From positions 1 to 26,044 of the forward strand of contig JAZFQW010000020.1 in NCBI GenBank assembly GCA_036445335.1: DNA of 26,044 bases. The letters are read 5' to 3'. Below are positions 12,564 through 22,994 of the stretch, in pieces (within the stretch, counting starts at the first letter, position 1; each line of letters opens with the position of its first letter). Origin of the DNA: Alphaproteobacteria bacterium. Its GTDB lineage: Bacteria > Pseudomonadota > Alphaproteobacteria > DSM-16000 > Inquilinaceae. A program made the position numbers and the translations under genes. The notes under the pieces are model-generated. The model saw only the letters and a program-made list of their open reading frames with translations, did no database searches and was not told where the DNA came from.

Positions 12564-14858
12564 TTGCGGCACTTCACGTGGCGATGGGGGCGCGTCGGAG
12601 CGTCGATTTGGATTTCGTTCCTGATACTATTGGCGCCGACGGCGACCATTGCCCAGACGCCTGCCGGCGATGTCATCCAGACCATAATCGTTGAAGGCGT
12701 CCAGCGGATCGAACCGGCCACGGTGCGCTCGTACCTGACGATCCGCGCCGGCGACCCGTTCGATCAGGAGGAGATCGACGACTCGCTGAAGAGCCTGTTC
12801 GCCACCGGACTGTTCGCGGATGTCGTGCTGCGCCGGCAGGGGTCCGCCCTGGTCATCTCGGTGGTCGAAAACCCGATCATCAATCGCATCGCGTTCGAGG
12901 GCAATCGGCGGATCGACGACGAAGTCCTGCAGGCCGAAGTGCAGTTGCGCCCGCGTGTGGTCTATACCCGCACCCGCGTTCAGAACGATGTCGCTCGCAT
13001 CCTCGAGGTGTACCGTCGCAGCGGCCGTTTCGCGGCGACCGTCGAACCCAAGGTGATCCAGCTCGAGCAGAACCGTGTCGACCTGATCTTCGAAGTCGAC
13101 GAAGGGCCGTCGACCGGAATCCAGCGGATAAGCTTTATCGGCAACCGGGCGTTCAGTGACTCCAGTCTGCGCGGCGAGATTCAGACCGAGGAAACTCGCT
13201 TTTACGACTTTCTAAGCGCCAACGACACCTACGACCCGGACCGCCTGGCGTTCGATCGCGAACTGCTGCGGCGGTTCTATTTGAAGGAGGGCTATGCCGA
13301 CTTTCGCGTCGTGTCCGCCGTGGCGGAGCTGACGCCCGACCGAGAGAAGTTCTTCATCACCTTCACGATCGAGGAGGGCGAGCGGTACCGGTTCGGCACC
13401 ATCGACATTACGTCGCGGCTCCCGGAACTGGACGTCGGCACGCTGTTCGCCGAGGTCACAAGCGAAGAGGGCGACTGGTACTCCAGTGAAGTCGTGGAGG
13501 AGACTATCGCCAACCTGACCAACGCCGTCGCCGACCGGCAGTACGCCTTCGTCGACGTCCGCCCCGCGGTCACGCGGTCGCGCGAGGAGCGGCTGATCAA
13601 CCTCACCTACGAGATCAACGAGGGCCCGCGGGTGTTCGTCGAGCGGATCGATGTCACCGGCAACGTCCGGACCGTCGACCGGGTCATACGGCGAGAGATG
13701 CAGCTGGTCGAGGGCGATCCGTTCAACGCGTCGAACCTGCGCCGGTCGGAGGCCCGGATCAACAATCTCGGCTTCTTCGAGCGGGTCGAGGTGTCCCAGC
13801 AGCTCGGCTCGACGCCCGACCAGACGGTCATCGTCGTCGACGTGGATGAACGGTCGACCGGCGAGCTGTCGCTGGGCGCGGGGTTCTCCACCACCGAGGG
13901 CGCTCTGGCCAATATCAGCCTGCGCGAGCGCAATCTGCTCGGCCGCGGCCAGGACCTGCGAATTTCGGCAACCGTCAGCGGCACGACCACCCAATTCGAC
14001 CTCAGCTTCACCGAACCCTATTTCCTGGAGAAGGATCTGTCGGCGGGTGTTGACCTGTTTGCGATCACGACCGACAACCAGGATGAAAGCTCGTTCGACG
14101 AATCGTCCATCGGATTCGGCTTTCGCGTCGGCTATCCACTCACCGACCGGTTGCGCCAGACGCTGCGGTATCAGTTGGAGAACCGTGAGATCGAGAACGT
14201 GGGGAGCGATGCCTCGCGGTTCATCCGGGAACAGGAGGGCGAGACTCTCACATCGCTGGTCGGACAACGGCTCGTGTATGACCGGCTCGACAGCCGGATC
14301 AATCCCAGCGAGGGCTTTCTGCTGGAGCTAAGCAACGACCTGGCCGGATTGGGCGGAGATGCCCAATACTTGCAAACCACCGCCGGCGGCAGCATCTTTT
14401 TCCCGTTGTTTGGCGAAACGGTGCTGACGGTCAGCACGGAGGGCGGCTATATCTTCGGCTTCGACGAGGATGTCAGGATCAACGACCGCTTCTTCATCGG
14501 CGGCAACCGGATGCGCGGTTTCGAACGTTCGGGCATCGGCCCGCGCGATGCCGACACCGACGACGCACTGGGCGGGAACGTCTTTGCGCTCGGCACCATC
14601 GAGCTTGCGTTTCCGCTGGGCCTGCCGGAGGAGTTCGGCATACGCGGCCGCGCCTTCACCGATGTCGGGACCCTGTTCGACGTCGATGCCGACGGGCCGG
14701 AGGTGCTGGACGAGGCGTCGCCGCGCGTGTCGGTCGGTGTGGGGCTGTCCTGGACGTCGCCGCTCGGGCCGATCCGCATCGACCTGGGGTTCCCTGTCGT
14801 CAGCGAGGACTTCGACAAGGAAGAAGTGTTCCGCTTCAGTTTCGGCACGAGCTTCTGA
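12564..14858 (+). CDS. bamA: Outer membrane protein assembly factor BamA
   Basis: TTG start gives a signal peptide ending TATIA-Q; POTRA-type repeats, VIRREM, RMRGF lid-lock motif, terminal FRFSFGTSF. Exact start less certain. Confidence 0.94.
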   Translation: MRHFTWRWGRVGASIWISFLILLAPTATIAQTPAGDVIQTIIVEGVQRIEPATVRSYLTIRAGDPFDQEEIDDSLKSLFATGLFADVVLRRQGSALVISVVENPIINRIAFEGNRRIDDEVLQAEVQLRPRVVYTRTRVQNDVARILEVYRRSGRFAATVEPKVIQLEQNRVDLIFEVDEGPSTGIQRISFIGNRAFSDSSLRGEIQTEETRFYDFLSANDTYDPDRLAFDRELLRRFYLKEGYADFRVVSAVAELTPDREKFFITFTIEEGERYRFGTIDITSRLPELDVGTLFAEVTSEEGDWYSSEVVEETIANLTNAVADRQYAFVDVRPAVTRSREERLINLTYEINEGPRVFVERIDVTGNVRTVDRVIRREMQLVEGDPFNASNLRRSEARINNLGFFERVEVSQQLGSTPDQTVIVVDVDERSTGELSLGAGFSTTEGALANISLRERNLLGRGQDLRISATVSGTTTQFDLSFTEPYFLEKDLSAGVDLFAITTDNQDESSFDESSIGFGFRVGYPLTDRLRQTLRYQLENREIENVGSDASRFIREQEGETLTSLVGQRLVYDRLDSRINPSEGFLLELSNDLAGLGGDAQYLQTTAGGSIFFPLFGETVLTVSTEGGYIFGFDEDVRINDRFFIGGNRMRGFERSGIGPRDADTDDALGGNVFALGTIELAFPLGLPEEFGIRGRAFTDVGTLFDVDADGPEVLDEASPRVSVGVGLSWTSPLGPIRIDLGFPVVSEDFDKEEVFRFSFGTSF

Positions 14859-14861
14859 ACG

Positions 14862-15419
14862 ATGACATGTCGGCGGTTCGCGATCGCGGCTGTGGCCGCC
14901 ATTTTGGCACTGCATCCGGCGTTGCGGTCCGTAGCCGCGGACCCGCAGCCGCCGGTGATCATCGTCGTCGATTTTCAGAAGATCGTGCGCGAATCGGCCG
15001 CGGCCGCCGCGGTTCAGGCGCAGATCGACGAGCTGCGCAACGCCTATCAGGAGGAGTTCGGCGTGATCGAGGACGAACTTCGCGGCATCGAGTCACAGCT
15101 CACCGAACTGCGCGCCACGGTGACCGACGACGAGTTCGTGCAGCGCCGGCGTGACTTCGAGCTGCAGGTGACCGAGGCCCAGCGCCGGGCGCAGTATCGT
15201 CGCGCGGCGATGGACCGGGCGCTCGACGACGCCATGGATCGCGTTCAGGAGACGCTGTTGGAGGTGATCGAGGGGATCGCCGAGCAGCAAGGCGCCAACC
15301 TGGTCATCAACCGCACCCAACTGGTCCTCGCCAACCAGGCCCTGGACTTCACCACCGAGGCACTGGCCGAGTTGAATCAGCAGCTGCCCTTCGTCAATGT
15401 CGTGGTTCCGGAACAATAG
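14862..15419 (+). CDS. skp: OmpH/Skp family periplasmic chaperone
   Basis: Signal peptide, [10 protein letters not shown]-terminal strand, long coiled coil, [11 protein letters not shown] terminus; lies between bamA and lpxD. Confidence 0.85.
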   Translation: MTCRRFAIAAVAAILALHPALRSVAADPQPPVIIVVDFQKIVRESAAAAAVQAQIDELRNAYQEEFGVIEDELRGIESQLTELRATVTDDEFVQRRRDFELQVTEAQRRAQYRRAAMDRALDDAMDRVQETLLEVIEGIAEQQGANLVINRTQLVLANQALDFTTEALAELNQQLPFVNVVVPEQ

Positions 15420-15445
15420 GCGCCGGGGAGCGGAAGGGGTACCCG

Positions 15446-16468
15446 ATGACCGACCCGAGATTCTTCAATAACGCGGGGCCGTTTTCGCTCGCCGCGCTGG
15501 CCGAGCTTTCCGGCGCCGAGCTGGCGGCCGCCGCCGACGGCGATCGCATGATCGTCGATGTCGCGCCGCTGGACGGCGCCGGACCCGATCAGCTGAGCTT
15601 CCTGGACAACAATAAGTATCTCGACGCCTTCGTGGCCTGCCGGGCAGGCGCCTGCGTCGTCTCGCCGGCGCTGGCCGGCCGCGCTCCGGCCGCCATGGCG
15701 CTGCTGCTGAACGACGCGCCCTATAAGGCCTATGCCAGAATCGCCCGCGCCTTCTACCCGCCGTCCGCGACCGGTGCCCGGCGCGGGGACCACGTCAGCG
15801 TCGACCCCACCGCGACGATCGCCGACGATGTCGAGATCAGCGCCGGTGCGGTGGTGGCGGCGCGGGCGGAGATCGGCGCGCGCAGCCGGATCGGCCCCAA
15901 CGCGGTGATCGGCGAGGGCGTCGTGCTGGGCGAGGACACCACGGTCGGCGCGTGCGCGTCGCTCAGCCACTGTCTGGTCGGCGACCGGGTCAGGATATTC
16001 CCCGGCGTGCGGATCGGTCAGGACGGGTTCGGCTATGCCATGGATCCGGCCGGACATGTCCCGGTGCCGCAGCTCGGCCGCGTGATCATCGAGGATGACG
16101 TCGAGATCGGCGCCAATTCGGCGATCGATCGCGGGGCCGGCCCGGACACCGTGCTGAGGCGCGGGTGCGTGATTGATAATTTGGTGCAGATCGGGCACAA
16201 CGTCGAAATTGGGGCCGGGTCTGTCATTGTTTCGCAAACCGGCATATCCGGGAGCACCAAGCTGGGAAAGCTGGTCGTGTTGGCCGGTCAGTCGGGACTT
16301 ACAGGACATCTAAACATCGGCGACGGCGCCAGGGTGGGCGCCCAGTCAGGGGTCATGCGGGATGTTCCGCCGGGCGAAGACGTCATTGGCTCGCCCGCCA
16401 TGCCGAGCCGACAATATTGGCGGCGCTACGCCAGGCTAGCGAGGCTGAGTGCGGGGAAGGGCGAATAG
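15446..16468 (+). CDS. lpxD: UDP-3-O-(3-hydroxyacyl)glucosamine N-acyltransferase
   Basis: MTDPRFF start, LSFLDN, hexapeptide repeats, [17 protein letters not shown]. Confidence 0.95.
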   Translation: MTDPRFFNNAGPFSLAALAELSGAELAAAADGDRMIVDVAPLDGAGPDQLSFLDNNKYLDAFVACRAGACVVSPALAGRAPAAMALLLNDAPYKAYARIARAFYPPSATGARRGDHVSVDPTATIADDVEISAGAVVAARAEIGARSRIGPNAVIGEGVVLGEDTTVGACASLSHCLVGDRVRIFPGVRIGQDGFGYAMDPAGHVPVPQLGRVIIEDDVEIGANSAIDRGAGPDTVLRRGCVIDNLVQIGHNVEIGAGSVIVSQTGISGSTKLGKLVVLAGQSGLTGHLNIGDGARVGAQSGVMRDVPPGEDVIGSPAMPSRQYWRRYARLARLSAGKGE

Positions 16469-16471
16469 ACT

Positions 16472-16939
16472 ATGGACGTGACACCGACCGGCGAGGTGGT
16501 CGCCGAACTCGATATCCTGCGCGTCATGGAGCTGATACCGCACCGCTATCCGCTGCTGATGGTCGATCGCGTGCTGGATCTGGTGCCCAACGTCAGCGCC
16601 ACGGGGATTAAGAACGTCACTATCAACGAGGCCGTCTTCCAAGGGCACTTTCCGCGGCGGCCGGTGATGCCGGGTGTACTGATCGTCGAATCGATGGCGC
16701 AGACTGCGGCAGTCCTGGTCGTGCACACGCTGGGCGAGCGGGCCCACGGAAAGCTGGTCTATTTCATGTCGATCGACCACGCGCGGTTTCGCCGCCCCAT
16801 CACCCCGGGCGACAGCATGCGGGTCTATGTGAGCAAATTGCACAAGCGGCGAAACGTCTGGAAATTCGCGGGCGAGGCGAGGGTCGACGACAAGCTGTGC
16901 GCCGACGCGACCTTTGCCGCGATGATCATGGATCAATAA
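16472..16939 (+). CDS. fabZ: 3-hydroxyacyl-ACP dehydratase
   Basis: IPHRYPLLMVDRV, KNVTINE, FQGHFP, PGVLIVESMAQ. Confidence 0.96.
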   Translation: MDVTPTGEVVAELDILRVMELIPHRYPLLMVDRVLDLVPNVSATGIKNVTINEAVFQGHFPRRPVMPGVLIVESMAQTAAVLVVHTLGERAHGKLVYFMSIDHARFRRPITPGDSMRVYVSKLHKRRNVWKFAGEARVDDKLCADATFAAMIMDQ

Positions 16940-17742
16940 TGGCTGCATCCATCCATCCGACGGCGGTGGTCGACCCGGCGGCGACGCTGGGCGACGGCGT
17001 GGCGATCGGTCCGCTCAGCGTGGTCGGGCCAAACGTTGAGCTTGGCGATGGCGTCACCCTCCATTCGCACGTGGTGGTCGAGGGCCGTTCGCGCATCGGC
17101 GACGGCACGACGATCTTCCCCTTCGCCTCGGTCGGGCACATCCCGCAGGACCTGAAATTCGGCGGCGAGACATCGCGGCTGTTGGTCGGCAAGGGCTGCA
17201 CGATCCGCGAGCACGTCACCATGTCGCCGGGCACCAAGGGCGGCGGCATGGTCACCAGGGTCGGCGACCACTGCCTGTTCATGGTCGGTGCCCATGTGGC
17301 GCACGATTGCATCATCGGCAACCACGTCATCCTGGTGAACAGCGCCACCTTGGGTGGCCATGTCGAGATCGGCGACCACGCCTTCCTGGGCGGTCTGTGC
17401 GCGGTCCAGCAATTCGTCCGGATCGGCGAACATTCCTTCGTCGGCGGCATGACGGGCGTCGAGCAGGACGTCATCCCGTACGGCATGGTGGTCGGGGAAC
17501 GCGGCCATCTCTGCGGACTCAACCTGCGCGGACTGAGGCGGCGCGGCTTCGAGCGAAGCGATATCAATGCGATGAGAAGCGCATACCGGACATTGTTCGG
17601 CGGCGAGGGCGAGATGGCCGAGCGCATAGAAGCGGTGGCGGCGGAATTTGGCGAATCCGGCCCGGTCGGCCAGCTGATCGGATTCCTGCGCGACACCAGC
17701 GGCCGCAGCGTGCTCAAGCCCAAGCTGGCAGACGCGGCGTGA
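16939..17742 (+). CDS. lpxA: Acyl-ACP--UDP-N-acetylglucosamine O-acyltransferase
   Basis: IHPTAVVD, PQDLKF, HVAHDC, hexapeptide repeats; TAATG overlap with fabZ. Confidence 0.96.
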   Translation: MAASIHPTAVVDPAATLGDGVAIGPLSVVGPNVELGDGVTLHSHVVVEGRSRIGDGTTIFPFASVGHIPQDLKFGGETSRLLVGKGCTIREHVTMSPGTKGGGMVTRVGDHCLFMVGAHVAHDCIIGNHVILVNSATLGGHVEIGDHAFLGGLCAVQQFVRIGEHSFVGGMTGVEQDVIPYGMVVGERGHLCGLNLRGLRRRGFERSDINAMRSAYRTLFGGEGEMAERIEAVAAEFGESGPVGQLIGFLRDTSGRSVLKPKLADAA

Positions 17743-18605
17743 TCGATCCCGCGACGACGCCGGCGGCCGTGGAGCGATCCGCACGGAATGCCAAGTTGGG
17801 CATTCTGGCTGGCGGCGGACCGCTGCCGCGCAAACTGGCGAGGACCTGCCTGGAGTCCGGCCGCGACGTCTTCATGATTGCCTTCACCGGCCATACCGAC
17901 ATAGCGACTCCCGAAGGCGTGCCCCATGTATGGGTGCGCCTGGGCGCGGTCGGCAAGGCCATTGACCGTCTCCGCCGCGAGGGCGTATCGGACCTCTGCA
18001 TGATCGGGCTGGTGCGCCGGCCGTCGCTTCGCGAACTGATGCCCGATGCGCGCGGCACCAGGCTGGCGGCGCGAGTCGGGCTCAACGCCCGGGGCGACGA
18101 CTCGGTGTTGCAGGCTTTGAACCGCGCACTTGCGGACGAGGGGTTCCGCGTGGTCGGAGTGCATGAACTGCTGGACGATCTGCTGGCCAGGCCCGGTCTA
18201 CTGAGCGAACGGGCGCCGGATCGGCAGGATCACACCGACATCGCCAGGGCGCTGGACGTCGCGCGCGCGATCGGCGCGCTCGATGTCGGCCAGGGCGCGG
18301 TCGTGCAGCAAGGCGTGGTGTTGGCCGTCGAGGCGGCGGAAGGGACAGATGCCATGCTCGACCGCTGCGCCGGACTGCGCCGGGACGGCGGTGGCGGCGT
18401 GCTGGTGAAGGTACGGAAGCCGCAGCAGGACAACCGTGTCGATCTTCCGACGATCGGTGTCACGACCGTCGAGCGGGCGGCCGCCGCCGGTCTGAGCGGG
18501 ATCGCCGTCGAGGCGGGTGGCGCGCTGATCCATGACTCCGCCGCGGTTGCCGAGACGGCCAACCGGCTCGGTCTGTTCGTCCTGTGCTTCGAAATCGCCA
18601 GCTGA
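17739..18605 (+). CDS. lpxI: UDP-2,3-diacylglucosamine pyrophosphatase LpxI family
   Basis: LGILAGGGPLP, DVGQGAVV, LAVEAAEGTD, KPQQDNRVDLPTIG; between lpxA and lpxB; GTGA overlap with the lpxA stop. Confidence 0.9.
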   Translation: MIDPATTPAAVERSARNAKLGILAGGGPLPRKLARTCLESGRDVFMIAFTGHTDIATPEGVPHVWVRLGAVGKAIDRLRREGVSDLCMIGLVRRPSLRELMPDARGTRLAARVGLNARGDDSVLQALNRALADEGFRVVGVHELLDDLLARPGLLSERAPDRQDHTDIARALDVARAIGALDVGQGAVVQQGVVLAVEAAEGTDAMLDRCAGLRRDGGGGVLVKVRKPQQDNRVDLPTIGVTTVERAAAAGLSGIAVEAGGALIHDSAAVAETANRLGLFVLCFEIAS

Positions 18606-18606
18606 C

Positions 18607-19764
18607 GTGACCGATCCCGTCATTTTCCTGGTTGCGGGCGAGCCGTCCGGCGACCTGATCGGGGCCCGGCTGATGAAGGCGCTGAAACAGCGGACCGGCG
18701 GTTCCGTGCGGTTCGCCGGCGTCGGCGGCGAGCGCATGGAGGAGGAGGGGCTGACCAGCCTGTTTCCGATGGCGGAGCTGACCGTCATGGGGCTCGCCGA
18801 GGTCGTGCCGAAACTGTTCCGTATCCTCGGCCGGTTGCGCCAGACGGCCCGGGCGGCGACGGCGATCGCTCCCCAGGCGGTGGTCACCATCGACGCGCCG
18901 GGGTTCAGCCTTCGCCTGGACCGCAGGCTGGCCGGCCAGGGGATCCCTTTGATCCACTTCGTGGCGCCGCAGGTCTGGGCCTGGAATCCGGGCCGAGCCG
19001 GCAAGATCGCCCGGTATCTCGACCACCTCCTGGTGCTTCTCCCGTTCGAACCGCCGTATTTCGAGCGCGAAGGGCTGGCCTGCACGTTCACCGGCCATCC
19101 TATCGTCGAAAACGGCGCCAGCCGCGGCAATGGCGAGCGCTTTCGCGCCGCCCACGGGATCGCCGGCGACACCCCGCTGCTGTGCGTGCTGCCGGGCAGC
19201 CGGAAGGCCGAAGTGCGCCGACTGATGCCGATTTTCGCCCAGACAGTGGCGCGTCTGGCGGCCGACCGGCCGGGGCTGAGGGTCGTCGTGCCGACGCTGC
19301 CTTCGGTGGCCGGCCAAGTCCGCAGCGCCGCCCGGGATTGGCCGGCGCCGGCCGTCGTCATCGTCGGCGATCGCGAGAAATACGATGCCTTCGACGCCTG
19401 TCAGGCCGGCCTGGCGGCGTCGGGGACGATCACGTTGGAACTGGCGTTGGCCGGGCTGCCGACGGTGATCGCCTACAAAGTAAATCCCTTGACCGGCTGG
19501 ATTGGCCGCCGACTGTTGACCGTTCGGTATTTCAACCTCGTCAACCTCATTCTCGACCGGTCCGTCATTCCGGAGTTCATCCAGGGCGATTGCCGGGCGG
19601 ACCTGTTGCAGGCGGCCGTCGGTCAGTTGCTGGACGATCCGGCGGCGGCCGAGGCCCAGCGTCGCGCCGCGACGGAGGTGACCCGGCAGATCGGCCTCGG
19701 AGGACCGTCGCCCAGCGTGCGCGCCGCCGACGCCGTGCTGCGCGTAATCGCTGAGAAGGCGTGA
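18607..19764 (+). CDS. lpxB: Lipid-A-disaccharide synthase
   Basis: FLVAGEPSGD, VMGLAEV, IDAPGF, APQVWAW, LPGSR, ASGTITLE; GTG 18607. Confidence 0.95.
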   Translation: MTDPVIFLVAGEPSGDLIGARLMKALKQRTGGSVRFAGVGGERMEEEGLTSLFPMAELTVMGLAEVVPKLFRILGRLRQTARAATAIAPQAVVTIDAPGFSLRLDRRLAGQGIPLIHFVAPQVWAWNPGRAGKIARYLDHLLVLLPFEPPYFEREGLACTFTGHPIVENGASRGNGERFRAAHGIAGDTPLLCVLPGSRKAEVRRLMPIFAQTVARLAADRPGLRVVVPTLPSVAGQVRSAARDWPAPAVVIVGDREKYDAFDACQAGLAASGTITLELALAGLPTVIAYKVNPLTGWIGRRLLTVRYFNLVNLILDRSVIPEFIQGDCRADLLQAAVGQLLDDPAAAEAQRRAATEVTRQIGLGGPSPSVRAADAVLRVIAEKA

Positions 19765-19796
19765 CCACAGTCCGCGACAGGGGTGAGAATTGCGGG

Positions 19797-20000
19797 TTAA
19801 CCCAGCAGGGCGAGGCCCGCGGCGATGACCGCCACCACCAGAACAATCGCCAGCGGCCGGCGCCAGGGAGCAGTGAACCGGGAGATGTTGTCGTTGACGG
19901 CCGGCGGTACCGGACGGGTCTTTGGTTGCCCGGCAAATCGGCCCGTGACGCGGGTGTGGCGGCCCGATCTGGCCGCCGGTCGGTGGTTGCCGTTAGCCAC
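19797..20000 (-). CDS. Candidate small single-pass membrane protein (67 aa)
   Basis: Ends in [23 protein letters not shown] with mostly G/C-ending codons; GTG overlaps the gltA stop by 8 nt; fills the lpxB-gltA gap. No family recognised. Confidence 0.35.
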   Translation of the reverse strand: MANGNHRPAARSGRHTRVTGRFAGQPKTRPVPPAVNDNISRFTAPWRRPLAIVLVVAVIAAGLALLG

Positions 20001-21324
20001 GCTGGTCCAGCGGCACGTAGGGCCGCATGCGCTCGCCGCGATAGCGTTGTCGCGGCCGGCCGATCTTCTGCACCGGGTCCTCGATCATTTCCTTCCACTG
20101 CGCGATCCAGCCGACGGTGCGGGCCAGCGCGAACAGGACGGTGAACATGCTGGACGGAAAGCCCATCGCGCGCAGGATGATGCCGGAATAGAAGTCGACA
20201 TTGGGATAGAGCTTCTTTTCGACGAAATAGTCGTCCTCCAGGGCGATGCGCTCCAGTTCCATCGCCAGGTCCAAGAGCGGCTCGTCCTCGATCCCCAGCT
20301 CCTCCAACACTTCGTAGCAGGTCTTGCGCATCACCTTGGCGCGCGGGTCGTAGTTCTTGTAGACCCGGTGGCCGAAGCCCATCAGGCGGAACGGATCGTC
20401 GTGGTCCTTCGCCCGTTTGACGTAATCCGCGACCCGGTCCTTCGAGCCGATCTCGTTCAGCATGTTCAGCACCGCCTCGTTGGCGCCTCCGTGGGCGGGG
20501 CCCCACAGCGAGGCGATGCCAGCGGCGATGCAGGCGAACGGGTTGGCTCCGGACGACCCTGCCAGGCGCACCGTCGAGGTCGACGCGTTCTGCTCGTGAT
20601 CGGCGTGCAGGATGAAGATGCGGTCCATCGCCCGCGCCAGGACCGGATTGATCTGGTACTCCTCGGCCGGCACCGCGAATGTCATGTTGAGGAAGTTGGC
20701 GGCGTAATCCAGATCGTTGCGCGGACACACGAAGGGCTGGCCGATCGAATATTTGTACGCCATGGCTGCGATGGTCGGCATCTTGGCGATCAACCGGTGC
20801 GAGGCGATCACCCGCTGCACCGGGTCGTGGATGTCGGTGCTGTCGTGGTAGAACGACGACAGCGCCCCAACCACGCCGACCATGATCGCCATCGGATGGG
20901 CGTCGCGGCGGAACCCGCGGTAGAACTGGTTGAGCTGTTCATGGACCATCGTGTGCAACGTGATGGTCTTCACAAATTTCTCATGCTGCTCTGCATCGGG
21001 CAGGTCGCCGTGCAACAGCAGATAGCAAACCTCCATGAAATCGCTGTGTTCGGCCAGATCGTCGATGGCATAGCCGCGATGCAGCAGCACCCCGGCATCG
21101 CCGTCGATGTAGGTGATCCGGCTGTCGCACGACGCGGTCGAGGTGTAGCCCGGATCGTAAGTGAACATGCCGGTCTCGGTGTACAGCTGGCGAATGTCGA
21201 GGACGCGGGGACCCTCGGTTCCGCCGAGCACAGAGAACGTATAGCTCTTGCCGGTCGCGTTATCGGTCAGGGTGACCGTGTTGGTCGCCGCCTCGGCCGA
21301 CGCGATGGGCTGTTGCTGGGGCAT
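19993..21324 (-). CDS. gltA: Citrate synthase (type II)
   Basis: [59 protein letters not shown]; ATG 21324 after GAGGA. Confidence 0.97.
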   Translation of the reverse strand: MPQQQPIASAEAATNTVTLTDNATGKSYTFSVLGGTEGPRVLDIRQLYTETGMFTYDPGYTSTASCDSRITYIDGDAGVLLHRGYAIDDLAEHSDFMEVCYLLLHGDLPDAEQHEKFVKTITLHTMVHEQLNQFYRGFRRDAHPMAIMVGVVGALSSFYHDSTDIHDPVQRVIASHRLIAKMPTIAAMAYKYSIGQPFVCPRNDLDYAANFLNMTFAVPAEEYQINPVLARAMDRIFILHADHEQNASTSTVRLAGSSGANPFACIAAGIASLWGPAHGGANEAVLNMLNEIGSKDRVADYVKRAKDHDDPFRLMGFGHRVYKNYDPRAKVMRKTCYEVLEELGIEDEPLLDLAMELERIALEDDYFVEKKLYPNVDFYSGIILRAMGFPSSMFTVLFALARTVGWIAQWKEMIEDPVQKIGRPRQRYRGERMRPYVPLDQRG

Positions 21325-21401
21325 ATTCCGTTGTCCTCGCTGCCGTTTATTTGTGTGGCCGGGCCAGGTTCGGCCCGGGTCCATGTCGCGGTCATGCCGT
21401 C

Positions 21402-21430
21402 AGGATACTTGGCGGGCCGGCCAAGATCAA
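21402..21430 (-). promoter_or_regulatory. Sigma70-type promoter of gltA
   Basis: On the minus strand TTGATC-N17-TATCCT, ending 77 nt before the gltA ATG. Confidence 0.65.
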
Positions 21431-21500
21431 CGCAGCCGGCTGTCGCGGCATCGCCTACGCATGCCGCGCGCGGACCGGAGTCGGCGTCCGCCAGCGGCCG

Positions 21501-22907
21501 TCAGCGCCGCGCGGCCGCGTCCTCCAGCCGGCCCAGCGCCTCGTCCCGGCCCAGCACCGCCGCCACCTCGAAGATCCCCGGCGACACCGTCGAACCGGTC
21601 AGTGCCGCGCGCAGGGGCTGGGCGACCTTTCCGAGCCTGAGGCCACCATCGTCGGCGAAGCCACGCGCCGCCTCGTCCAGCGCCGGCTCGGTCCAAGTCG
21701 GCAGGGCGGCGAACCGGTCGGTCAGGGCGACCAGCATGGTGCGCGTCTCGTCGGTCAGCAGACGCGCCGCCTTCTCGGTCAGCGGCAGGGGCCGTCGGCG
21801 GCAATAAAACGCAGCGTTTTCCGCAAGTTCGTTCAACGTTTTCGCGCGTTGCTTTAGCCCATTCATCCCGGCCGACAGGATCTCCAGGTCGTTGTCCCGC
21901 AGCGGCCGCTGCAGCGCCTCGGCGATGCGCGGCGCGACCACCGCCACCAGGTCGCGGTCGGCCGCCTCGCGCATGTAGACGCCGTTCACGTTTTTCAGCT
22001 TGGCCGGGTCCAGCCGCGCCGCGCTCTTGCCGATCCCGTCCAGGTCGAACCACGCGATCGCCTGGTCGGTGCCGATGATCTCGTCGTCGCCGTGCCCCCA
22101 GCCGAGCCGCAGCAGGTAATTGCGCAGCGCCGCCGGCAGATAGCCCATGTCGCGGTAGGCCTCGATTCCCGGCGCGCCGTGGCGCTTCGACAGCTTGGCG
22201 CCGTCAGGGCCGTGGATCAGCGGAATGTGCGCGAACACCGGCGGCGCCGCGCCCAGGGCCAGGAACAGCTGGGTCTGGCGGAACGCGTTGGTCAGATGGT
22301 CGTCGCCGCGGATCACGTGGGTGATGCGCATGTCGATGTCGTCGGCCACCACCGAAAGCATGTAGGTCGGAGTACCGTCGGCGCGCAGCAACACCATGTC
22401 GTCGAGCTGGTCGTTGCGCACCGTGACCTCGCCCTGTACCCGGTCGGCGATGGTGGTGAGGCCGGTCTGCGGCGCCCTGAAGCGGACCACCGGCGGGATG
22501 TCCGACGGCGCGTCGGCGGGGTCGCGGTCGCGCCAGCGCGCGTCATAGCGCGGCGCCTGTCCTTCGCGCCGGGCGCGTTGTCGCATCTCCGCCAAGTCCT
22601 CCGGCGTGCAATAGCAGTGATAGGCCTTGCCGTCGGCCAGCAGTCGCTTGGCCAGATCGGCGTGGCGCGCGCGCCTTGCGAACAGCGACACCGGCTCGCC
22701 GTCCCAATCGAGCCCGAGCCAGGCGAGGCCGTCGATGATGGCGCGCACGGCGTCGTCGGTCGACCGCGCCCGGTCGGTGTCCTCGATGCGGAGCACGAAG
22801 TGGCCGCCGTGATGGCGGGCGAACAGCCAGTTGAACAGCGCCGTGCGCGCGCCGCCAATATGCAAGTAGCCGGTCGGCGAGGGAGCAAAGCGGGTCGTGA
22901 CGGTCAT
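21501..22907 (-). CDS. gltX: Glutamate--tRNA ligase
   Basis: [14 protein letters not shown] (HIGH), [21 protein letters not shown] (KMSKS-like), QPLRAALTG. Confidence 0.96.
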   Translation of the reverse strand: MTVTTRFAPSPTGYLHIGGARTALFNWLFARHHGGHFVLRIEDTDRARSTDDAVRAIIDGLAWLGLDWDGEPVSLFARRARHADLAKRLLADGKAYHCYCTPEDLAEMRQRARREGQAPRYDARWRDRDPADAPSDIPPVVRFRAPQTGLTTIADRVQGEVTVRNDQLDDMVLLRADGTPTYMLSVVADDIDMRITHVIRGDDHLTNAFRQTQLFLALGAAPPVFAHIPLIHGPDGAKLSKRHGAPGIEAYRDMGYLPAALRNYLLRLGWGHGDDEIIGTDQAIAWFDLDGIGKSAARLDPAKLKNVNGVYMREAADRDLVAVVAPRIAEALQRPLRDNDLEILSAGMNGLKQRAKTLNELAENAAFYCRRRPLPLTEKAARLLTDETRTMLVALTDRFAALPTWTEPALDEAARGFADDGGLRLGKVAQPLRAALTGSTVSPGIFEVAAVLGRDEALGRLEDAAARR

Positions 22908-22994
22908 GGTCGAATGCTGCAGCGGGGGTGGGTAGAGTAAGGGAGCGGTTCCATAGCACAACGGGTCGCCGCATGCATCTCGCGCCGCGCCGCC

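Noticed and set aside
12538-12624. 28-codon ATG ORF overlapping the bamA start, as a sign of frameshift or uORF
   Set aside because: The TTG frame already gives a well-formed signal peptide; nothing supports the short ORF.
17739-18605. LpxI instead of LpxH as a novelty
   Set aside because: This is the normal alphaproteobacterial arrangement between lpxA and lpxB.
21444-21468. 8-bp hairpin between gltX and gltA as a terminator
   Set aside because: No U-tract on the transcribed strand; GC hairpins of this size are common here.
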